Shown: one piece after another, positions 26,676-34,422 of the stretch
Position numbering within the stretch: the first letter of the stretch is position 1
Layout: every line of letters starts with the position of its first letter
Source: Bacteroidota bacterium
GTDB lineage: Bacteria; Bacteroidota; Bacteroidia; Bacteroidales; FEN-979
Length of the DNA: 64,000 nt
NCBI GenBank assembly: GCA_026391805.1
Contig: JAPLDJ010000012.1
Coordinates: 9,268-73,267, forward strand
Reading direction: 5' to 3'
Notes under the pieces: model-generated
Told to the model about the DNA's origin: nothing
The model's database searches: none
The model's input: only the letters and a program-made list of their open reading frames with translations
Program-made: the position numbers and the translations under genes

Positions 26676-27989
26676 ATGAAGAATAAGTTCAGCCTGGTAA
26701 CTGCAACCTCTGTGGTAATCGCCAACATGGTGGGCACCGGGGTGTTCACCAGCCTCGGGTTCCAGGTGATGGGCATCACTTCCGGTTTTGCGCTGCTGAT
26801 GCTCTGGCTGCTGGGCGGTGTGGTGGCGCTCTGCGGGGCATTCGCCTATTCTGAGCTCAGTGTGATTTATCCCCGTTCCGGAGGAGAATATCATTTTCTT
26901 TCGAAGATCTACCATCCCGCCCTGGGTTTCCTTGCCGGGTGGATCTCCATCACCGTCGGCTTTGCCGCGCCTGTGGCCGCAGCAGCGATCGCATTCGGGC
27001 ATTACTTCTCAAGCGCCATCGACTTCAAGCCCCTTTTTCCTCATTTCATAGGACAGATGAACCTGCCGGTGATGCTTTCCATCCTGCTCGTTCTCTTCCT
27101 GACGTTGCTGCATGGAACCAACAAGAAGATGGGCGCTGTTTTCCAGAATGTCATGACCGTTGTAAAGGTCTCCTTCATCATCCTGCTGTTCATTCTCGGA
27201 CTCATTTACGGGAACTATACCCATCTTGGATTTCATCCTGACAAGAAGGCGCTGAAAGAGATGATCAGCCCGGCCTTTGCCATCTCCATGTATTTTGTCT
27301 CCTATTCCTATTCGGGATGGAATGCCGCTGCCTATATCCTGAACGAGATCCGCGACCCGCTGAAGAACACGCCGAAAGCGCTCATTACAGGTACCGGTAT
27401 CGTGGTATTGCTGTACATGATGATCAATTTCATTTTTCTTTTCGCGGTGCCGATCCCTGAGCTGGCAGGAAAGATCGAAGTTGGATATGTTTTCGCCCAG
27501 AAGATCCTCGGTCACCAGGCCGGGACCATCATGGGATTGATCATCTCATTTCTCCTGATCTCATCCGTCAGTTCGATGATCATCGTCGGGCCGCGTGTTT
27601 ACAACGCGATCGGGGAGGACTACCGTCCGCTGCGCTGGCTATCGCTCAAGCGGAACGATGTTCCCTACATCGCCATCATCTTCCAGAGCCTTATATCCAT
27701 CTTTTTCATCCTGACATCTACATTCGAGCAGGTGATCATTTTCGTAGGCTTTACTTTGAACCTTTTCACGTTCCTGACGGTACTCGGGGTCTTCGTCACG
27801 CGTATAAAAAAGAAAACGGAGAACAACTACAAGGCCTTCGGCTATCCCTGGCTTCCGGGTTTCTTCCTCCTTGTAAATCTCTGGATCCTTGTCTACGGCT
27901 TCATTTACAAGCCTCATGAATCCATCGCCGGAATCCTGATCGCCGCTTCCGGGTATGTGATCTATTTCTTTTCGAAGGAAAAGCGATAA
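26676..27989 (+). CDS. APC-superfamily amino acid permease
   Basis: About 12 TM helices; N-terminal VVIANMVGTGVFTSLG motif. Confidence 0.85.
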   Translation: MKNKFSLVTATSVVIANMVGTGVFTSLGFQVMGITSGFALLMLWLLGGVVALCGAFAYSELSVIYPRSGGEYHFLSKIYHPALGFLAGWISITVGFAAPVAAAAIAFGHYFSSAIDFKPLFPHFIGQMNLPVMLSILLVLFLTLLHGTNKKMGAVFQNVMTVVKVSFIILLFILGLIYGNYTHLGFHPDKKALKEMISPAFAISMYFVSYSYSGWNAAAYILNEIRDPLKNTPKALITGTGIVVLLYMMINFIFLFAVPIPELAGKIEVGYVFAQKILGHQAGTIMGLIISFLLISSVSSMIIVGPRVYNAIGEDYRPLRWLSLKRNDVPYIAIIFQSLISIFFILTSTFEQVIIFVGFTLNLFTFLTVLGVFVTRIKKKTENNYKAFGYPWLPGFFLLVNLWILVYGFIYKPHESIAGILIAASGYVIYFFSKEKR

Positions 27990-28314
27990 GCGATGGGCGA
28001 TGGGCGATAGGCGATGGGCTTTTCGCCATTTAATATTGCGAGGAGCGCAGCGACGAAGCAATCTCCATCAATTCTCATATAGCCTTGTCATTGCGAGTCC
28101 CGATTTCATCGGGACGAAGCAACCTTCAGCTTTTTTTCACCACATTAGGCACAATAGATCACAATAGTTTTTCGTGACTTTCGTGTCTCCCTGCCTGCCG
28201 TCAGGCAGGCTTCGTGGAATTTCGTGTAATAAAAAAGTATTCCAAGCCTTCACCATTGCACCATTAATCCAGCATCTGTTTTCCTTCACCGTTCACCACT
28301 CACCCCTCACCATA
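27983..28314. repeat. Repeat mosaic: GCGAT(A/G)G x5, TGTCATTGCGAG..GAAGCAACC modules, CACA nonamers, TTCGTG words around a CCTGCCTG/CAGGCAGG hairpin, TCACNNN heptamers
   Basis: Direct reading. The first heptamer contains the permease TAA stop. Confidence 0.9.
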
Positions 28315-28662
28315 TTAAACTTTTGTTAATTAATTCACATTTTTTTGCTATTTACCTGAAAACATATATTTTTGCTTTAGGAAATCCACGCTCGTAAACG
28401 CTGTGGATTTTTATTTCTTATGAATTGGCCTCCAGGCTGAACCCCTCGTCGTTAGCTGCATCGATGAACAGCGCCGGGCCAATAAGAAGATACAGGCGGA
28501 CAAAAGTGTCATAAATAATCCTTTCAGGGAAATTGTTTTATGACAGTGGAGAAGATCCAATGGCGGCGGAATTTTCTTTTTTCGATCAAAATATAAAATC
28601 CTGGCAGCATCCGGGATCAGCAAATAACCGGAAAAAACAAAATATCATTTAATACAAATTAT

Positions 28663-30513
28663 ATGAAGAAGATTTTTTTACTCGTGGTTTTGGGGTTTGG
28701 AATCAATATCTTGGGATTAGGACAATCTCTTTTAGTAGATGATTTCACTGGATATACTATAGGTAATTTAGGGGGGCAAGGTTCTTGGACAAAGGGAGGT
28801 TCAGGTCCAGACGCAACTGTTGCAAATACTACTGCTCTGACTTATCCAAATTACAATGGTGGAGGAGCGGAGTACGTTTCCATGCCATCAGCCTCTAGTA
28901 CTACAAGTAGAGAATATAAGGGTTATACAACCACTACGGTTTCGACAGGAACTTTTTATATTTCTTTTTTATTAAAATTAAGTTCGACGACGGCAACAGG
29001 AGATTATTTCATTTCTCTTGGGGATGCAGCTGGAGGAACAAATTACTACTTTAAACTTTATGCAAAAACTTCAGGAAGTGGGTACTTATTAGGAATCTCA
29101 AGTCAAGCAGCGATAGGTTCTGCAGCATTTGGTGCTACGGTGCTTAGTTTAAATACAACTTACCTCGTCTTGCTCCGCCTTACAGGTGTTACTGGAAGCA
29201 CAAATGATTTATTATATTTATGGGTTAATCCCACTATTTCAAGTGAACCAAATACATCTTCTGCATATGCATCAAAAACCTCTGATGCAGATCCGACATC
29301 TTTAGGACAATTTATCTGGCATAATAGATCTGCCAATAATCCTTCTGGTAGTTTTGATGGGATTAGGGTAGCTTATGGAACAACAAGTGCAAACGCATGG
29401 ACAAATTTAAATGCATATTCCTCAGGAGGAGCCTTAACGCCTCCAACATTAATAGCAGCCTCTGGTGCAACTGTTGATTCACCTTTTGATGTTACATTCA
29501 CAGATGACCCAATCTGGAGGGCTGCCATTACAAGTATAACCGTCGGAGGAACAACGCTGACTGTAGGCTATAATACTACAAATGCGGGGAAAATCACTTT
29601 TACTCCTTCCGCTTCTTCACCTGCTGCTCTGCTTCAATCCAGCGGAACAAAAACCATTGTAGTGATTGCTACCGGTTATTCTAATGCCACAGTTTCCCAA
29701 ACAATCGGTGTGGGCGCTGCCAATAAACTTGGCATGAAAACCCAACCAACCGCACCTGCATCAAATGGTGCTGCACTGGCAACTCAGCCAGAAGTTTACA
29801 TTCAGGATCAATATGGAAATGTCACTACAAATACGGCCACGGTTGTTGCGGCAGTTGGCGCAGGGACATGGACCATTGGCGGAACCACATCAAAGGCAGG
29901 GGCCAGTGGCACAGCAACCTACACAGATCTGACTGCCACCAGTCCTGCTGCAGTCACAGGTGCAACTATTTCATTTACATCTTCAGGTCTGACGGGTGTG
30001 ACCTCCTCAACGTTTAATATTCCTGCACCGGCTCCAGCCAATGATCTTTGTGCAGGTGCACAGGTGATTCCTGCTTCAGGGCCATTTCCTTACCTGACTA
30101 CAACTGTTGATAATACAAATGCAACAGCAACCGGAGATCCAACTCCATCATGCCAAAGCTTTTTCGGACATAGCATCTGGTATACTTTTACTCCCTCTGT
30201 TTCCGGAGGTTTTACATTTTCCACTTGTTCATCAGAAACTGCGACAACAATTTCTGATGATGTTATGTCGCTGTATTCTGGTTCTTGCGGATCTTTAACT
30301 CCATTGTCCTGCAATGATAACGGTGGTCCTTCCTGTACCGGGGCATTAGCATCAATAAACGCCACATTGACTTCCGGAACAACTTATTATATGATGGTTG
30401 CAGGTTATTCAAACAATGTTGGCAACATCCAAATTAGGGTTTCATGCCAGCCTGCTGTTTTAACAACAACAGCTGCGAGTTCAGTTGCTCAGACAAGTGC
30501 ACAGAGTGGCTGA
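28663..30513 (+). CDS. N-terminal part of a T9SS surface adhesin (signal peptide; possible LamG-like, DUF1533/Big-like and Cys-rich PPC-like domains, by eye); ends at an in-frame TGA
   Basis: Signal peptide MKKIFLLVVLGFGINILGLGQ. Same frame as 30721..33057. Confidence 0.8.
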   Translation: MKKIFLLVVLGFGINILGLGQSLLVDDFTGYTIGNLGGQGSWTKGGSGPDATVANTTALTYPNYNGGGAEYVSMPSASSTTSREYKGYTTTTVSTGTFYISFLLKLSSTTATGDYFISLGDAAGGTNYYFKLYAKTSGSGYLLGISSQAAIGSAAFGATVLSLNTTYLVLLRLTGVTGSTNDLLYLWVNPTISSEPNTSSAYASKTSDADPTSLGQFIWHNRSANNPSGSFDGIRVAYGTTSANAWTNLNAYSSGGALTPPTLIAASGATVDSPFDVTFTDDPIWRAAITSITVGGTTLTVGYNTTNAGKITFTPSASSPAALLQSSGTKTIVVIATGYSNATVSQTIGVGAANKLGMKTQPTAPASNGAALATQPEVYIQDQYGNVTTNTATVVAAVGAGTWTIGGTTSKAGASGTATYTDLTATSPAAVTGATISFTSSGLTGVTSSTFNIPAPAPANDLCAGAQVIPASGPFPYLTTTVDNTNATATGDPTPSCQSFFGHSIWYTFTPSVSGGFTFSTCSSETATTISDDVMSLYSGSCGSLTPLSCNDNGGPSCTGALASINATLTSGTTYYMMVAGYSNNVGNIQIRVSCQPAVLTTTAASSVAQTSAQSG

Positions 30514-30720
30514 AATATAACTAATGACGGAGGTTTTAATATTACATCAAGAGGCGTTTGATGGAGTACTTCATCTAATCCGACAACCTCTGATACGAAA
30601 ACTACGGATGGTTCAGGAACAGGCCCTTACACAAGTTCCATTTCTGGATTATCTGATAATACAACATATCATGTCAGGGCATACGCAGTAAACAGTAACG
30701 GAACCTATTATGGCAATGAT
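30514..30720 (+). other. In-frame coding-like bridge containing the second TGA (30559-30561)
   Basis: Translates as NITNDGGFNITSRGV*WSTSSNPTTSDTKTTDGSGTGPYTSSISGLSDNTTYHVRAYAVNSNGTYYGND. This is a recognisable Bacteroidota surface-repeat domain (G.I.sDGG..It.RGVCWS...NPT...YYVRAYA.N). Confidence 0.75.
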
Positions 30721-33057
30721 GTGAACTTTACAACAACGAATATTTCAGCACCAACCGCAACTGCAGCAACGACTGTCACGTCCACCAGTTTTGTTGCAAA
30801 CTGGAGTATAGTTACTGGTGCAACAGGCTATAGATTAGATGTTAGCACCTCACCAACTTTTTTAACAGCAAGTAATGCGACTGATCTATTTATTTCTGAA
30901 TATATAGAAGGCTCAAGTAACAATAAATACATTGAGATTTATAACGGTACAGGGGTATCCATTGATTTAAGTAACTATAAATTAAGGGCGTACAATAATG
31001 GGGCAAGTATTTCGCCAACTTATGACGTGGCATTATCGGGCACATTGAATAATAATTCTACAATTGTCTATAAAAATTCCTCTGCAACAATTTATAGTGG
31101 TTCTGCTACTAACAATGATGTATGCCAATTTAATGGGAATGATGCTATAACACTTTATAAAGTGTCAACGGCTTCAAATGTAGATATCTTTGGCAGAATC
31201 GGAGAAAATCCAGGTCCTGCCTGGATAAGCGGCTCATTTTCTACTCTTGATAAAACACTTGTTAGAAAATCAAGTATTACTGGTGGAGTGACAACTAATC
31301 CTTCTTCTGGTTTTCCAACGTTATCCACGGAATGGAATCAATTTAATGTAGATGATGCATCCCATTTAGGTTCACATGACTACGGAATTCCATCATTTAT
31401 TCCAGGTTATGATAATAAGGATGTCTCAACCAATCTTTCCTGGACTATAACCGGTCTAACTACTGGAACTACATATTACTATCGTGTCCGTGCCATTGGC
31501 GTGAATAGTACCAGCCCAAACTCCAATGTAATTTCGGCAACTCCTTTTCTGAAACAAAGTATTACAGCTGCAGATTGGAACACGGCTTCAACCTGGGATC
31601 CATCAGGTGTTCCGACGGGTACTGAGGATATCCTCGTCAAACATGCGGTCACACTAAGCGGAGCACCTGAAGGTGTTTCAAATAATGTAACCATAAATTC
31701 CGGTGCATCTGTGACTATCAACTCCGGTGGTGCTCTTACCGTAAACGGCACACTATCGAATGCTAACACAAGCGGCATCGTTATTAAAAACGGGGGCTCA
31801 CTGAAATATGCTTCTGGTACTCCTTCCGGCACTGCCGAACGCAGTGTTTCAAATGGAACTTATCACTACCTGTCATCACCGGTTACATCCACAACTTTCA
31901 ATAGTGTTTTCCCCATCAATCAGGATAAAATATGGGCCCAGACTTATAAGGAAAGCGACGGAACATGGAATAATCAAACCTATGCCACTACACTAACACC
32001 CGGTGTTGGCTATTCGATCTGGGTCGATGCAACACTGAGCCCGCAAACCGCTAACTTCTCGGGTGTATTTAATAATGATGGTGTTCAATTTACACTATCG
32101 AAGGTTAATCCCGGCAATGATGCAAACCTTGTGGGATGGAACTTCCTGGGAAATCCCTATACAGCAGCCATTGACTGGGATAATGGAGGATGGCATGGTG
32201 GTGCTGGTATAAATGGCTCGGTCTACACATGGAACGGATCAAACTACATCTCATGGAGCGGATCAACCGGCTCCCTAACAGGTGGCGTTATCCCTGCACA
32301 AAATGGCTTCTTTGTAAAGACTACGGTCAACGGTACCGTCATGACTATTCCATGGTCCGCCAGGGTGCACAGCAGCCAGTCGTTATATAAAGATGCTCCT
32401 GCCAACACACTTCACCTGAATATTGCCGGTAATAATTATAAAGATGACACTTACGTTCAGTTTGTACCAGGCACAACTTCTGGTTTCGACAGCCAGGGCG
32501 ATGCTTACAAACTCCCGGGCATAAACGAGGCACCCCAGCTATACAGCATCATTCCAGGCGATGTGCTTTCCATCAATGCGCTTCCGTCAATTCCAACAAA
32601 TAACGAAGTTTCATTAGGCATGAAGGTTGGAGCCAATACAACCTATACCATCACAGCCGACGGCATGGAAACCTTTGACAACTCTGTACCAATTTACATG
32701 GACGACCTGAAACTCGGGGTTTCAACCTACCTGCGTAACACTCCGGTTTATACTTTTACCGCTGCTCCCGGTGATGACGAAAACCGCTTCCGGCTGAGGT
32801 TCCACTATCCGACAGGGGTCAACGAACAGCAGGAAGCTGTGAATATCTTTGTCTATGCTGCTCATGGAGAGATCGTACTGAACAATGCCGGTAACTATGA
32901 TGGTAAATTCTATGTTTACAGCACCACCGGACAGTTGCTTGCAACAGGCCAGATGCAAGGGGGAAAACAGACCATAAGCTCCATGCCTGCAGGCATGTAC
33001 ATCGTTAAGGCAGTCACCGGAAACACGATCGTTTCACGGAAGGTTATTCTTTATTAA
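30721..33057 (+). CDS. C-terminal part of the same adhesin: lamin-tail (LTD) domain and T9SS type-A C-terminal sorting domain
   Basis: FISEYIEGSSNNKYIEIYNGTGVSIDLSNYKL (LTD). C-terminal FYVYSTTGQLLATGQ..MPAGMYIVKAV..VSRKVILY. No signal peptide; only a GTG start is available. Confidence 0.8.
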   Translation: MNFTTTNISAPTATAATTVTSTSFVANWSIVTGATGYRLDVSTSPTFLTASNATDLFISEYIEGSSNNKYIEIYNGTGVSIDLSNYKLRAYNNGASISPTYDVALSGTLNNNSTIVYKNSSATIYSGSATNNDVCQFNGNDAITLYKVSTASNVDIFGRIGENPGPAWISGSFSTLDKTLVRKSSITGGVTTNPSSGFPTLSTEWNQFNVDDASHLGSHDYGIPSFIPGYDNKDVSTNLSWTITGLTTGTTYYYRVRAIGVNSTSPNSNVISATPFLKQSITAADWNTASTWDPSGVPTGTEDILVKHAVTLSGAPEGVSNNVTINSGASVTINSGGALTVNGTLSNANTSGIVIKNGGSLKYASGTPSGTAERSVSNGTYHYLSSPVTSTTFNSVFPINQDKIWAQTYKESDGTWNNQTYATTLTPGVGYSIWVDATLSPQTANFSGVFNNDGVQFTLSKVNPGNDANLVGWNFLGNPYTAAIDWDNGGWHGGAGINGSVYTWNGSNYISWSGSTGSLTGGVIPAQNGFFVKTTVNGTVMTIPWSARVHSSQSLYKDAPANTLHLNIAGNNYKDDTYVQFVPGTTSGFDSQGDAYKLPGINEAPQLYSIIPGDVLSINALPSIPTNNEVSLGMKVGANTTYTITADGMETFDNSVPIYMDDLKLGVSTYLRNTPVYTFTAAPGDDENRFRLRFHYPTGVNEQQEAVNIFVYAAHGEIVLNNAGNYDGKFYVYSTTGQLLATGQMQGGKQTISSMPAGMYIVKAVTGNTIVSRKVILY

Positions 33058-33087
33058 GTAAAAAATTATTTGGTTCAGATCATTTAA

Positions 33088-33095
33088 TATATTTG
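33088..33095 (+). promoter_or_regulatory. -7 box TATATTTG only 5 nt before the ATG (probably leaderless mRNA)
   Basis: TATATTTGCAAACATG. Confidence 0.45.
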
Positions 33096-33100
33096 CAAAC

Positions 33101-33340
33101 ATGAAAAGATTCATCTGCCTTTTTACCTTCATTGCCCTGTTATTAGTCAGTTTTAGCAATAACATGATGGCACAGCCTCTTCCTGGTGGTAGCGGAACGG
33201 GGCCTCCGTCAGGTAACCCACTCAACAACGGACCGCTCGGCGGACCGATCAGCGACTCGCTGTGGTTGCCTCTGCTGATTGCGATGGCATATGGCATGTA
33301 TAAAATTTATCAGTTAAGGCTTTCAAGGAAAGAAGCATAA
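33101..33340 (+). CDS. 79-aa miniprotein: signal peptide, Pro/Gly-rich stretch, C-terminal TM plus basic tail (copy A)
   Basis: MKRFICLFTFIALLLVSFSNNMMA|QPLPGGS...GPLGGPISDSLWLPLLIAMAYGMYKIYQLRLSRKEA. Synonymous-dominated divergence from copy B. Confidence 0.75.
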   Translation: MKRFICLFTFIALLLVSFSNNMMAQPLPGGSGTGPPSGNPLNNGPLGGPISDSLWLPLLIAMAYGMYKIYQLRLSRKEA

Positions 33341-33346
33341 AGCTTT

Positions 33347-33440
33347 GTGTCATCTGTGTCTTAACTGATCAAAAGGAACACGGAAGACACGGAATGAACG
33401 GAACCTGATACTCCGTTTTATCCGTGTAATCCGTGTTCTT
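33347..33440 (+). repeat. 94-nt structured element, copy A (CACGGA/CCGTG words)
   Basis: Identical to 34087-34180 except for 1 nt. Confidence 0.9.
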
Positions 33441-33483
33441 ATTTTATCTTCATCCTTCATTCTTCAATCTTTATTTTCTTTTT

Positions 33484-33612
33484 CCGACCTCCGACCTCGG
33501 ACTTCCGACCTCAGTTTTTATCACAGATTACACAGATATTCTGATTTCCTGCATCCACACTCTTCACGGCTCACTTCTCACTTCTCACCATTAATTCCAG
33601 CATCTGTTTCTT
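33484..33612. repeat. CCGACCT x4 heptamers, CACAGAT words, TCACNNN x4 heptamers, TAATTCCAGCATCTGTTT
   Basis: Direct reading. The last block also occurs at 28265-28283. Confidence 0.85.
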
Positions 33613-33846
33613 ACTCAAACAATCTTTTCATTTTTTTTATTTTATATCATTGTTTGTATATTTGCACTGACGGTAGAAAAAATCACAACGAAATATCGGA
33701 TGAATAAATACAGGTGATTCCTGTTATTTTCTTTTTGTTTGTTAGGTCATTCCTTATTGTTATAGCTGCAGAATCAGGTAACCTGAAAATATATATTTTT
33801 ATTATCGGCCATGAGCCATATCATTCTTTTTAATCCCATTGCAAAC

Positions 33847-34080
33847 ATGAATAGATTAACAAGACTCTTCACGATAACCGCACTCCTTGCATTCATCTTC
33901 AGCAATTCCTTAATGGCACAACCGCTGCCCGGTGGATCCCCGGTCGGTGTTGGTCAACCGGTTGGTGGTGGCCCGCTTGGCGGACCGGTCAGCGATTCGC
34001 TGTGGATGCCTTTGCTGATTGCAATGGCTTATGGAATGTATAAAATATACCAGTTAAGGCTTTCAAGAAAAGAAGCATAA
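33847..34080 (+). CDS. 77-aa miniprotein, copy B
   Basis: ATG at 33847 gives MNRLTRLFTITALLAFIFSNSLMA|QPLPGGS...GPLGGPVSDSLWMPLLIAMAYGMYKIYQLRLSRKEA. Confidence 0.75.
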   Translation: MNRLTRLFTITALLAFIFSNSLMAQPLPGGSPVGVGQPVGGGPLGGPVSDSLWMPLLIAMAYGMYKIYQLRLSRKEA

Positions 34081-34086
34081 TGCTTC

Positions 34087-34180
34087 GTGTCATCTGTGTC
34101 TTAACTGATCAAAAGGAACACGGAAGACACGGAAAGAACGGAACCTGATACTCCGTTTTATCCGTGTAATCCGTGTTCTT
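34087..34180 (+). repeat. 94-nt structured element, copy B
   Basis: See 33347-33440. Confidence 0.9.
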
Positions 34181-34187
34181 CTTTTTT

Positions 34188-34303
34188 CGCTATCTCGCTA
34201 TTTATTTTTCACCACAGATTTCACACCTGCCTGTCGGCAGGCAGGGATTACACAGAAACTTTTTCTCCCCCTCGCCTTCAGGAGAGGGGGTCGGGGGGTG
34301 AGG
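34188..34303. repeat. Reverse-oriented ATCTGTGGTGAAAAATAAATAGCGA module interrupted by a CCTGCCTG-TCGG-CAGGCAGG hairpin, then a CTCCCCCTCGCC..GGGGGGTGAGG module
   Basis: Reverse complement matches 17641-17665; 34265-34303 matches 52495-52533 with 2 mismatches. Confidence 0.85.
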
Positions 34304-34355
34304 TGCAGAAATTGACATTTTTATCCGTTCTTTGAATATTGATGTAAAACATTTC

Positions 34356-34363
34356 TAAATTTG
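34356..34363 (+). promoter_or_regulatory. -7 box TAAATTTG
   Basis: About 60 nt upstream of the SSS start. Confidence 0.4.
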
Positions 34364-34422
34364 TAAAGATTGGTTGTTTGACCTGATTGTGATTCCCTTA
34401 TCATCAACTAAAAATACCGGAT

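Noticed and set aside
28411-28623. 70-aa minus-strand ORF in the long spacer upstream of the adhesin.
   Set aside because: It has no motif, no promoter box and odd composition. It more likely falls within the adhesin 5' leader. A 9-bp hairpin at 28507-28545 and a terminator-like hairpin near 28382-28412 were noted but are too weak to call as an RNA gene.
30511-30561. Alternative genetic code (TGA as a sense codon) to explain the two in-frame TGAs.
   Set aside because: TGA clearly terminates other well-delimited genes here (galK at 15212-15214, the SDR at 17585-17587, and the MBOAT and SGNH genes). The standard code applies.
30559-30561. Selenocysteine at the Cys-aligned TGA.
   Set aside because: I found no convincing stem-loop within about 40 nt downstream, and the first TGA aligns with Gly rather than Cys. 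I keep it only as a low-probability test inside the adhesin finding.
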